This document shows, piece by piece, positions 39,641 through 52,800 of a stretch of 64,000 bases of DNA. How positions within the stretch are numbered: the first letter of the stretch is position 1; each line of letters begins with the position of its first letter. Made by a program: the position numbers and the translations under genes. The DNA lies in contig NMRA01000463.1 in the NCBI GenBank assembly GCA_002633005.1, positions 186,001 to 250,000 on the forward strand, written 5' to 3'. The notes beneath the pieces are model-generated. The model was not told the origin of the DNA. It saw only the letters and a program-made list of their open reading frames with translations, and did no database searches. The DNA is from Phoronis australis (Eukaryota; Animalia; Phoronida).

Positions 39641-40372
39641 TGCAGCGAAATTCATCTTACGGCAGAAAACATATTGGCGAATATTCACTGATTTTGTTCG
39701 TTATGTCTTGAAATTTATGGCATCGTACAGAAATTCGTCGTTAAGGTACAGTATACATGCCCAGCTTTACACGAACATATCGCATCAGTGGCCTTGTCAG
39801 TTTTGAAGTGAAGGTGAACCCCGTGTGGGGCTCTTCGGAATTTCACTGGCTTCGAAATAATTTTCCTGGAACACTTATTTTTTGAATGTCGGCTTTAGAA
39901 ATTCCCAAATCATAAATGCACGACTCTTAGTTGAAAAGTATCGCCTGTTCTCTTTGTCGAAGCGTTTTCTGAAAATGGAAAAACACTCCACCAGGATCGT
40001 TGTTTAGCTACAGTGTATTTGCTTCTGACATCTTGTTTGTTTGTCAGATGTCACACGACATTTCGCAACGGGTCGGAGCTTGTGATAGGTCAATTGCAAA
40101 AAACAGGAAAAAGCCTGGCGAACTTACGGCCAGACTCGTTAACCCAGCATTTCAGCCTTTGTTCTGTGTTCGGGTCGAGTAGAGCTCGTGTAGACTGGGT
40201 TGAGGGGGTTGTTTGTCGTATGGTGTGGGGGTCGAGGAGGCTTTAGAAAATTCCGTCTTGGAGATATTTTTTTACACATTGAGTTGTCTTAAGCGGAACA
40301 TGATCCACTATCATTTAGAAGTTGTTTTCTAGGTCATTCATAATAATCGAAAATAAAAATGATGACAGCTGG

Positions 40373-40672
40373 CTACGATGCTGAACTCCTGATTTGCATA
40401 CAAAAACGCCAGTTGCAAAACATGTACCACCTATCAGAACACAAAATTTTATGCTTTAACTTTCGGTGGGTATTTATCAATGCATCATACATTTTACCAT
40501 TGAGACTAAAATAAACGTGTTTGTAGTTCAATCCTTCTCTCCACACATAGTCGAGTGCCTTCTGGAAATCGACAAAAAGGCAATGACACCGACTTCGGAG
40601 TTTATTAATATATTTTGGAACTAGAGTATTAAGGACATCTTTAACCTTATTCACAAAAAAATTACTTTTCAC
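40373..40672 (-). mobile_element. LINE reverse-transcriptase fragment
   Basis: CLFVDFQKALDYVWREGL resembles the FVDFxKAFDxV RT motif. Confidence 0.7.
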
Positions 40673-41865
40673 ATATGTCTACCAAAATACCTTGTGGTCA
40701 TTCTTGGGGGAACTTTAAACGCGAATTATATACGCTGTATCGTGTTGCGAGGAAAAGAAACACCTTCAAACCGCACGACTGCTTGGAAATTTGTTTACTG
40801 CATATGTGAGTTCAGAGGTTACAAGTTTGTAACTCAAATCGAATCTGCCGCCAGACACTGAGAAACTGGTTATGTACCAACAGTGTGTAAATGCACATAG
40901 GAATAGAAAGGTGCCGATGAAAACGAAGACAAAATGTAGTTTTGATCCTTTGGGAGTAGTAGTTTTGCATGTATACGACCTTTGAGAACGAATGCTTACG
41001 AATTGCCTCACGATTCTCACCCAACTTCCTTAATTTTACTGGAAATCACTGTTTCGATCTCGTGCTCAACCGACTCGACAAGGAATTGTTGTTCTATTCT
41101 AAAGTGGCCCACAATGCAACCGCCTGATCCACTTAATGCGTTGGCTCCGTCCCCATGGCCTAGTTGGACTCTATGTATTGCGAAGTGACTTGGCTGATGA
41201 AACTTTTTGTGATAATTAAGTTCATTACGCACTGTAAATTCATTTGACATTGCGCGTGAATGTTGAAACAATAAGCATGACTAAGGGATGCATAAGTTAT
41301 ATCCACCAAAAACAATTTTACACCGAATTATTAATCGAAGTTCTTGAGATATGAACTTGGAGAAAAGGTGCTTTTTCATGACACATAATTTTCAAGTTTT
41401 TATGCCCAATGAGTACCCCGGTATCATTATTTATTATCATAATAGGAAGACTTCCGCCTTCGTCATGAAATATAACATTTCTAAGGAGAATGTCCGCCCC
41501 ATTACCAAGTGTAGTTTTGTTTGTGAGTTTGTATGTTGATAGGTTTTGCGTTTCATTTTTCTGAGGGCGACTTTCTTTTCAGTAGAGGTGACAGATCAAC
41601 AGAGTAAAGGTTTCTTTGCTTGTGTGTTGCTCTTGCGATTGGTTAATTGACTCAGAGCTATTCATTTTGTTCATAGATTTTTTGACTGGTTGGAAGAAAG
41701 TCGGCAAGTAAAGTAACGTGTACACGTCCAGGTGAAGCTCAGTGAAAACCGTTCAACTCCTGCAAACCTGAGCAAAGCTGCTGATTACCCCGATTGCTGT
41801 AGGCTGACAAATTCATCAGTGCTCGCGAAGTGGCACAAATAGAAACTAAACGCTGATCGGTATTT

Positions 41866-41876
41866 GGGAACTTTCC
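41866..41876 (+). promoter_or_regulatory. NF-kB-like site GGGAACTTTCC
   Basis: About 50 bp upstream of ATG GAC CCA|gtaagt; IRF-like tracts at about 41542-41582. Confidence 0.35.
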
Positions 41877-41928
41877 GATTAAACATCACTGATCGAGCTC
41901 ACTACCGTCATAGGTACTACCTGCTACG

Positions 41929-41937
41929 ATGGACCCA
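41929..41937 (+). CDS. Candidate initiator micro-exon (Met-Asp-Pro) of an unidentified gene
   Basis: acgATGG Kozak-like context followed by a consensus gtaagt donor, phase 0. Confidence 0.35.
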
Positions 41938-44399
41938 GTAAGTGATTTTTCTTCTTCATTTTGACTTATTCTGATTAAAATGGCAGAGGCAAGAAAACCA
42001 TTTTCAATGACCCCCTTCTCCTGTTTTCAACTACCCCCCCTCTGTAGCCCTCTTCCGATGCTGCTACTACGGCACAATGGTACTTGAATGAAATTTCGTA
42101 ATTTTGGTGGTGTTAGTAAATTGTTGTAACAAGTTTATGTCATTGATTAATACATTTATCACACATACGTGTTTAAACATGCGTTTGATGAAAAATTATC
42201 AAATATCATGATATGATACAACTACTTGTCCACATCAGGTCATGAACTGATAAGTACAGTTATTACCTGCTAAAATCTACTTCGTAAGCAGATTGATTAA
42301 AGCCTGCGGTACATAAGCTACTGCAGTGGAATAAAGAAAGATGTATTTATAGCGCCAAATCAACGTACTAGTCTAGTGCTCTAAACAACGAAATACTTAA
42401 ATTGTATATCAGTTGACGCCGCTTCACTTTATACTTTGATCAAGTTGAAAACTAATGAAGAAAATAAGTTGAAAAACAAAGAAATGTACTGAATACACTT
42501 TACAGTATAAAAAATGACTCGACATCTATGAAATTCCAAGGAAGATATATTGCTGTGGTAATCAAAATTCATACTGCTTGTAAGCTATTGTTATCACTGT
42601 CAAGTCAAGTTATCGTGGATTATTGGGGTGGGTTATTTATCGAATATGCTACTAATCTCGTTTATTACATGTAGCTGCACGAGTTTTGGAAATTAAGATG
42701 TTGCAAGCCGGGTATTTCAATTGCGTCTTGTGCCTTTAGCGACACATTATCGCCGCCTCGCTCATCACCGATATGTTTGGCGATTGTTGCACCTTCAAAG
42801 TCACTTGGGTATGCGTGCTAGACATGAATAACCCTCGCTCAAATACTTTTACATATCACGAATCTCCTATAATAACCAGTTATCACCAGGTGCTATATGT
42901 AACATGTATGTATCAACTATACGTGTATACACATATCAATTAGAATAACAATATACATGTATGTGCATGTACAGGAAATGGGATTGTGTGCCACTTAAGA
43001 AAGAGAAGTGTTAACAATAGACAAATCAGCTAAACATTAACTTAGAACTGATCTCGTATGCTGCTTTTACAAATTCAACTGATACTGAAGGAAATTCCAC
43101 GAAGATTAAATTTTCGACTTCGTGTTGCTTTTCTACATCCACATGCACCTCAATGTAACGACTAGTTCTGTTAGTATCGAATATTTTAATGAAATATTAA
43201 TTCAAACACCGGTACACTAAACAAGCATACGTGGTTAAATTTCCTCATAATTAACGCTGACAAATTTCGTGATTGATGCCAATTTCATAAAATATATAGT
43301 TGCTGCTTTTTATTATGTTGTGGAAAACGTGGTTAATCGTTTTAATTAAGTTCAGGGCAAATAATAATGGCCGATGTAAGAACATGGTGAAACATTTCTC
43401 GGTGTAGGTACACTGCAGGTGGTGCGATATTTTGCACCGTCGGTAAATTACTTTTCACAATTCTTTTAACAATGTCAAAACTATTTAGCTTGTACATTTG
43501 TTGATATTAAAAATAACTGTCATTTTCAAGCATTTCTTGGGTGTTTTGAGAACATCATGTCTAATGACTTGCGTTTGATGTACTGTAAACATGTTAACTG
43601 AATAGAGGTTTTGAACCATCCATGAATTTCTCACTATTTTGAGAATGTGAATTGTTTGTTGGACTGAATGTTTACGTATAATTGTTACTTCTCACACCTC
43701 TCGTTTTCTGAAATGGGATAGTGAAAAACCCTGGTGCAGGACAATGCAGTTACGAAGAAACACGTGTGTCATGTGATGCTGCTCATACTCACTTTGCATG
43801 CGGATGGCAGTTAGTGTCTGACGCCAAATACCTATCTTATTAAGGGAGAGGCTTAAAGCTTGAATGAAAGTAGTCTCCTGTACATGTGCTCTTCTCTCAC
43901 GCCGGGTCTTCACCCTGCACAAGATTTCAACGCTATCATTGCCAAACGCATGTCCCGTGTCGTATGAGCGGTTACAGTAAGTACAGTTAATAAAAATACT
44001 TCCTCATCTGCTGGTTCACATTGTTACTTGGGGTTCTTGGTGGGAGGGGGTGTTCAATCTCACTCACAAAGCGCTGGTCATGTCGTTCTCTCTCACCATG
44101 AATATCATAAAGTACACGATACTAAGCCAATCGATCTTCTATTCGTCTTCAGTGTTCACCGAAAGTTATAACAAACTTTTGAGATTTGTATCTGCTACTG
44201 TAACTCGATCCGAGACGATACCAGAAACGTTATTAGTTTTCAGACACCTTCCCACGTACGGAACGTCTCCACAATATGTAGTTACTATAAATAGTACTTC
44301 ACTAATTCAACCAAGAAAACAGACTGGTATACAATGTATGTAGACTAAAACACTCTAGGAGGCGCTACTCGATTGTACAATTATCTGTCGACCAAGATG

Positions 44400-45300
44400 C
44401 CAAATAGAACAAATATCATTTGTTTTGCTACATCAGTGACGAAGGAGATCATGGAAAGCTGTATGATATTTTTTCTTCGCGGATTTCCAGTTCTGCTGGT
44501 GCAAAAATAAAAATCTATTATACGATTACAGAACTCAAAAATGTCAATTTTGATGTACTGATGAGTTACTAATACAACCCCCATCACGATCTCATACTTC
44601 AGAGAAGCAGGTTTTATTCTTATTAAGGGTGCCCATTACCCCTTGCTTGGTAAGTTTTCGAAGACCGTAATGGACTATGAATCCCACACATTGCCTACAG
44701 TGCATGCTGGTCCATTTTCAGACCTCCTGGAGAAATCCTTGTGTATGCGCCTGAAAAAGTCTTCTCAAACTATTAAACTCATACTAAAACAAATCAAGAT
44801 CTTCGAGATCACAACTGAAAAGAGGACGGGTTCGAGCAGAAGTGTCATATTATTGGACATACAAAGGGTCTAGCAATGCTTCTTGTACATGTACAACACA
44901 AAAGCGGCCGAGCATGGTGACAGTGCGTCAATGGATTTCAATGAAATTTGTAAATTCAGAAAAATAACAGGTACTGATATTTCCGATTGAAAACATAATA
45001 GTTTCATTGATATCCAAGTAACCCGCTTTCCCAACCACTGTTTAATCAATTGGATGTTGTTGAGACTTACCAGCTAAAGGTTTCACAATGTGTTTATTCC
45101 GTTCGTGCGGCGGTCTCAAAACAGCAGTTTCGTGAAGGTATGCTAGGTTTAGTGTTTGGTGAATGTCCACACTTCAAAAAATTGCATTCAAAGAAAACAA
45201 GAGCTACTGGAATAGAAAGTCCCTTTATTTTGCTTAGTACACATGTCTAAGATAGACATTTCTCAAAACTAGAAAATCATTCCTTTAAAAATCTCAGTAT
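44400..45300 (+). mobile_element. Possible very degraded LINE RT remnant
   Basis: Weak motif echoes only (e.g. SDLLEKSLCMRL); boundaries approximate. Confidence 0.2.
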
Positions 45301-47547
45301 TTTCATAGCATTAGAATCAATCATGCGACCCATCATAACCCGCTAACCGGATAGGCTTATTAGATGTGTGCACCTGCAGTCAGTAACTCGAAAGTTGTCA
45401 GGTTAGAGCTAATACAATATTCTGAGCTGATGTCTCGACCTGTTAACCTAGGCCAACAGTTGTGATAAATATGAAGTAACTTTTGAGAAATTGCACCAGC
45501 AGGGACTAACAAATCAAACTGGCGAAAAATTCCTTGCGACATGTGAAAGTCAGCGCCACGGTCAGTCTACCGCTTCGTTCTAGCTATGTGTTCTGGATAA
45601 CAGCACGTCGATTGTTGTCTGATTTTTGCATTTCCATTTATTTATTTATTTTGTACAGGGGACCTTTTTATTAGTGGACAATTACCTTTAGAAAGCCTCG
45701 TAATTGAAATCGAATTTTTAATCATTGCATTATAATAATTTAATGTAAATAAAGGAGTTTCTCTCTCGTACTGAAGGCCACATTTCCTCCCCGATCACAG
45801 TTTCGTAACGAAAATTGATCAAATGTAGGAGAAAGAAGATCCTCCATATTCTTTGCAGTGAAAGGAAGTGCATGTAATCTCGAACCCTAAAGTGCTAGTG
45901 GCAAACTTAAAACAAACATGGAGTGTTTCAGAAAATTTCGGACTCAAAAGTGAATCTTAAGTTTTTGTGATATTGTACTGTTGATCATATATTTTAGGTG
46001 ATATCTCTGAACTAAAGGTGTAGCCTCAATTCTCTTGTCAGTCAGAGTAAGGCCACCTCACAAAAATGCTGAAACTCGAGGGCCTCGTTTAACACTAAAT
46101 ATATAAGAGACAAGTTTTTTAATAGCAATTATGAAAGATCAGTCTTAGAATGTCTACACAGAGAATTTTATTTTCAAATATATTCCCATATAGCAGGCAG
46201 GTTAAGCAATATCTTGCCACTTGTGACTGGCCTGAAAAGTGGTCTAGGGGTTTTCTCCCCTGCTGGAAATTTAAATGTTCGTATGATTTTCAAGTTTCAT
46301 TTTCTTACTAACCTTACATGTGTCTTTATGACCATCAATGTCAAACTTTGTCACCAGTTTTACAAGTTTGATCTTTTGCCGTTCCAAAAGAGCAGGTTTA
46401 CTGACATGAAACAATGCAAAATATGCCTTTATAACCAAATAGGCCATGTCTCGGTAACCAAAGGTCATTGAGCTATGTATGAATTTTTGAGTAAATAGTG
46501 ATTTTTCATTTTCATATGGTTTTCATATGGAATCATCATTAACATTTATTAAAATGTCCACTGGTTTATTACCATAAGCACTTTAAAACAATTGTTGGAC
46601 TCTTGGACAAGGAGTTGAAGTATTTTTCAATAGGAATAATACGACAAAATATGTCACTCTTTAAAATTATACTATGGCTGGTCCTGCATGTGACAAGTGT
46701 TATATTTTAAGTCATATTAATGGTTACTTTAGTATTAAACCGATTTCTTCTACCACATTAATTGACATTTTCCTGTGGTCACGATGACGTTTACGTGAGA
46801 ACAATAAAATATTTGTAATTAATGGATCAGTTGATCGAGAGACTGTGTAGGGTTGAGGGGCAAGGACACTGTGGACAGTTGACTCTAATTAAAATCAAGG
46901 AAAATTTTGTCAAGGGTAGTCGCTAAAACGCCGTTTTACCTCACAATCTATGTTAAATTTTAACCTCTTCGTTGTTTTTGATAAAGTAAAATTTGATAAC
47001 TGTAATCGTCCATAGACAACGAACAGTCCAACAGAGTTGCAATTCTGTGGGGTGTACGTCAGCAGCCGGTTCTGTTCTGAGTCCACTGTTATTGATCGTG
47101 TGTGTGGATAATTTTGTGAAATACACCAACTAAGTTGTTAACATTCCTGGAGATGCAACCATCAAGTTGGCCAAGTTGACACTTCAATACCAAAAAATTT
47201 TCTGACAACTTTCCCATGCAATGTTTTTCTAATTTCAGCTTTCAAACTTGACGATTCAATTCTCTTCATTGCAAAAATCGGGAGAAGCCAGCCGAGGTCA
47301 TGGCCAGATCCGTTCGTCCTGCAAGTCAACGCCAGTTCTATGTTAAAAAAATCGAGCATGTGTAAAGTGAGAAGAGGGGAGTGTGGGTAGTAGGGGGCGT
47401 GAGTTGTGGGGGTCAAGGATTATTTGGAACAACCCATTATTCGGAGAACTTCGCCTACAGAATAGTGGGCTGTGACCCTTCAAGTCTTCTATGGTTTTTA
47501 GATATGCTTCCAATGAACTGAAGGTACACACTTTCCACAATATTAGT

Positions 47548-49875
47548 AACTAGAAAGATTATTGGACTCTGCGCGTGCGCATTACTGGAAATGTTTTGGG
47601 AAGTTACTGACTGCGACCCGTTCACAAATATGAAAAGGAATTCTTTAAAATTGTAGGAGACATTACATGTTGATATTTTGATGACCTTTCCCTAATTGAA
47701 CTCTTCCAGTGCATTGAGAACCCCGATCAGGGAATAATTGTAAACTCTATTTAAAGTGTGGTTAATGCTAAGAATCACATATGTTTTACTTTAAGAACTT
47801 CAGAATACAAGATGAATGAATTGGTCAAACTTTCAGAAGAAAAATACACCTAATGATCCCACGGATGCACCAAATGACTTGGAAATTTAGAATTCAAACT
47901 CAATCGCATTTACTAAACAGTTATGTATTATTGAGGTCTTTAACTCAATGACCTTAGACCTTTTTTTCTGATTGGTTAGGCCTATTGCGTTGTAAAGTAG
48001 GGTGTTCAATGGGCATGTTGACTTAAACCAGTGTGCTGAAATTAAAAAGAATTCCTTGAAAAACGTAAGATATAACATTTTGAAGGTTAGATGACCATTG
48101 CACTAATTGGGCGGTTCATTCTAAGCGTCTTTTGGAGAATAATTACAAAGCCCATGAAATACGTGTTTAATGCTGAGAATCACAGTTGTCTAACAGTTGA
48201 CCCATCAGAATACTTGTTGATTGAAAAGGTCAAATTTTCATAAGAAAAATGCACCTAATGACGCCATATTTGTATGTACTAAATGACCTGACATTTTGGA
48301 TTCTGAATTGAATTAGACTTACCAATTCGACCTGTGAATTTGAAGTGTCTAGCTAAAAATCACCTCATGACCTTTGACCTGTTTGGATGACCCGATTACT
48401 TAGAAAAGTATTTTTTTAAATTGCCTTTTTGACTTATACCTGTGTACCGTATTTGAAAAGAATAGCTTTTAAAGTAAAGAAGGAGAAGCATTTTGAAAAT
48501 AATATTACATTTGCACCAACTGACTTCTTCCGGGGCAATATAGATTATGATTATATAACAAATCATAATAAATATACTGTCAAAAGTCATATGCTGAATT
48601 AAAAGACTGTACCTGCACCCAATTTGGAGTGATTGAGCATCAAAGTTGGTGGGACGAAGAATACGAAGAATAAGAATACCTAAAGAGATTATTGTCACGG
48701 TGTGACAATAATGAACTCTGCGCGTGCGTATTACATGGATTGTTATGGGAAGTTATTTACAGTAACCCGTTTATCAATATGAGAAAGAATTCTTTAAAAT
48801 TGAAGGAGAAATTACATGTACATTTTTGATGATCTTTACACTAATTGGCCTCTTCCGGTGCATTATGAGCCCCGATGAGGGAAAAATTCTAAACTCAATT
48901 AAAAGTGTGTTTGATGCTAAGAACCACAGATGTTTTACTTTAAGCACTTCAGAATACAAGATGAATGAATTGGTCAAACTTCCAGAAGAAAAATGCACCC
49001 AATGACCCCATGGGTGCACCAAATGGCCTGAAAATTTAGAATTCAAACTCAATCGAATTAGTAAACAGATGTGTAATTTTGAAGTCTCTAGCTCAAAGTA
49101 TTAGTTTGCACTCTGATTCGTTAAGCCTATTGCGTAGTAAAGTAGGGTGTTCAATTAGCATGTTGACTTACACCAGTGTTGCTGAAATTGAAAAGAATTC
49201 CTTGAAAAATGTAGGAGATATAACATTTTGAACGTTAGATGACCTTTGCACTAAGTGACCCTGTACGGTGCATTATAATCATTTTTAGAGAATTATCGCA
49301 AAGCCCGTGAAAAGTGCCCTTAATGCTGAGAATCACAGTTGTTTAACGGTTGACACATCAGAATACTTGGTGAAAGAAAGAGACTAATTTTCGGAAGAAA
49401 AATGACCCCATGGTTGCACTAAATTACCCAAAACTTAATCTTTCGAATTGAATCAGACGTACCAATCAGACTTGCGAATTTGAAGTGTCTTGCTCAAAAT
49501 TTTAGACCTTTGACCTGTTTTATGTCATTGGATGATTCGATTACATAGAAAAGGAATTGTCATGTTCACTTATACCTGTGGACCGAATTTGAAAAAAGAC
49601 AGCTTTAAAACTGAAGGAGGGGTAGCGTTTTGAATATCATATGACCTTTGCACCAAACGACCTCTTCCGGTGCAATGTGGATTATGATTATATAACGAAT
49701 CAAAATTTATGTACTGCCAAAAATCACATGCAGAATTCAAAGAACATACCTGCACCCATTTTGAAGTTATTAAGCCTCGAATTTGGTCGGAAGAAGAATA
49801 AGAAGAATAAGAATAAGCATCAAATTGAAAAAACCCAGGAACAACAGTACTCTGCGCTTGCACGCGCAGAGTAAC
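47548..49875 (+). mobile_element. Two tandem diverged units (about 1.15 kb each) of a Helentron/HINE-like non-autonomous element
   Basis: 47566-48714 resembles 48715-49873. actctgcgcgtgc at 47566 and 48715 is the reverse complement of gcacgcgcagagt at 49860-49872. Each unit ends in a GAAGAATAA-like tract and a hairpin. Confidence 0.7.
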
Positions 49876-52800
49876 AATATGACGAATTTGGAAGGCTTAC
49901 AGAAAACTTCATGTTATTGGAATTTTTGTTTAATTGAAAACTTGCGCACTTAATCCATCAAGGTCGTAAATATTGGAGGGAAACCATAACTGTTTCCAAA
50001 TCATGCTTTTTTAGCTTTAAATTAGTTATTTCTCAAAATAAAGAAAATAACAGCAAATTCAAACTAATAACGACTGTATCTATAAACGGAAAAGGCACAA
50101 CATTCTCCTACCGTTTTTACACCCACGCTCTCTTAATGAACAAATTACTTCCAAAATTATACATGTCCTTGTAAATATGTATCTGTATTTACAGAGGGCC
50201 TCCCAAAACGTGAAATTCATTTTTTTAAACTAATGATCTGCTTGCGTCTGTCTTTGATATAATGAGACAAGGAGTGTGGAAAATTTTCAAATGTAGACTT
50301 ACTATGGTCTAAAGTTGATTGAAAAAACAAAGTACTGGCGTAAAGTTAATACAATATCAACCTCTTCAAAATTAGATCTAAAATACACGTTTAAAATGCT
50401 AGTCTTTACTAAGTCTGTGGCTTTTTAAGTTAATTACTTAACAAAGCTTGAACTTTAGACCACAGCACCTGGACAATTGAATAATCACAACACTTATGGT
50501 CAGAAATTTCAACAGCATTACAGGACAAACAACTATCATCTTTCACAGTCTTCATCTTCTTCAAGAGATAATTTGTGTATTTTTTCTATGCACATATTAA
50601 TATTTAAAAGTTTTAACATTGGAAAAGATTACAGGTCTGAATGGCGGAAAGGGAAATGTTTCCAATTTCATGGTCTGACTAAATATCCCTCAATCTGTGT
50701 TCTAAGTCAGGTTGTAGAATCGCTTGATATAAAAAGTGAGTTTTAGTGATCGTGTTTTAATCTGGCTGTTCTAAAAATCATCCATTGGATTTGTCCTGGA
50801 AGTGTTCATTCTATTAGGTAACTTACGTACCTTCATCAAAGCATAGTATTGTAACCAAATCAATAATTTGCATCTTTGTTTCAAATCTTACCAAGACAAA
50901 AACTAGTATGCGTTAGAAAAACAAAAAGACCGTCTGAATCAAGCAAAGCATAAATATGGGTAAAAATTTACGTACTGATACCAGCACCTGTAAACGACTG
51001 CCACGTGTACCTTGTCACATTGCTATTACACTAGATTGGCTAATACTGAGGATGCTCTTACTCCTCAGTGCTCCAAATTCAGGCCTAGTTTCAAAACACC
51101 TCACATCAAAATTTTCTGAGAACAGGTATTATAAATAGCATCTCCAAACTGTAAAATGTTATAACACCACAATACGTGCTGTTGCAATTCTCTCTAAAGC
51201 ATCATTGCTTGAAATGGACTGTGGAACGGGAAAAGCTTAGAAGATTGACTCTTCTGAATATTTGGCACCAATTCATTTCATTTTTGGCGCGCAAATTATC
51301 GAAAAACAGCATTTCAAGACGCTTAATTAACTGTCTGGATGATATTGGCAAAACACAGAGCAAAGGATCATCATACTGCAGGTGAGAAGAGGGAATTGAT
51401 TTGATTATCTCAGCCAATGGGAGTTAGTGGCGTTATAGAGCAGGCAATTATAGTTCTTTAACGGTGCCGGGTACGTAAAACAGGTTTATTTACACCACTC
51501 AAAGTGGTTCGCAGCCACTGAATCAGAAAAAAAACTGTTCACCACGTATTTTTACGATTTTCGAAGAGATTTTGAATTTCTGATGATGTCCAAGCATTTT
51601 TCTTGTAGTTTCAAATTTCTAGAAAACAATCTATCAACTGCTCGTCGCGTCGTCGATTTTCTTCCGCAAGGCGGAGCACGACTCTGTATTTGGTATGGCA
51701 AGCACTTCTCTTACATGGGAAATGCTACCTTTGGACTTTGATGTTAAAAAGCAGTCTTGATTTCAAGCAGCAGTCAATCCGACTTCGTTGAGCGCACGAG
51801 CGCATATACATGTACATGTATATTACTAGAGATAAAGAATTTGAACCTTCATTGGAACAAAAAAGTTTCTCTTTCGTCTGTGTTTGAAAAAATAATTCTG
51901 ACGATTTTTCTTGAATGTCTTGCAATGTTCAAAGTAAACTCTGACGTTAGAATCCCCAAGATGTTGATTCCTGGCGATATGTTTAAAATTTTTTTTTCGA
52001 TATTTTGCGTTCCATACATCTTTGAATTCCATCATTTTTTATTTTCTTTAGTTTGACATATTTATTCAGATCGAAATAAAACTTAATTCCCCAAAAAGGT
52101 GAAGTGAGACATAAGTTTCCAGAGCAATGTAACACGTAAAGTAGGCGCAGAAACCAATCCACACAGATGCATCTTTTCTATAGTTGCTTTGACATCCGAG
52201 AATATATGAAATTGATATAGAAGTTTGAGAGATGTTCTCAAAGATTCATTCGAGCTGCCAACTCTTGCTATCGTATGATCCGCGTATCGTTACACAATTA
52301 GTATTCCTGCAATTCATATACACCTTAGGTATTATATTCACACACACGAGGATGTCGTTGAATCACCCATACGACAACCTGTGGTTACAAAAAATATTCG
52401 AAATTGAATCTCTGAGGTGTCAAACTAAGAATAGTGTCATCAAACGCATTGTAATTGATCAGTCAGTTTATTATTAGACTTTATCCTATTATCAACAAAT
52501 GTATCAGTACAAATCGACTCCCTGATCCGCTTGGAGGAAGTGACATGACCTACGGTGTGGTTGGATATTTATTTAAGCCTTACCCAAGACGCCTAGCGCA
52601 CCATATTTCGAAAGATGTTGGCAGTTAAGCTACCTCGGTGGTTCCAGTTTGGTTTTGTAGCGGCAGTGCTTTTCACGGTCTCTATCGGTTTACCGCATGG
52701 ACAAAGTGGCATAGGTGATAGAAACATCGACAATGACCCTTCAGGACACTTGGAAAAGGTATATTAAACGACGACGTCAAATTTGAATTAATTATGGAAA

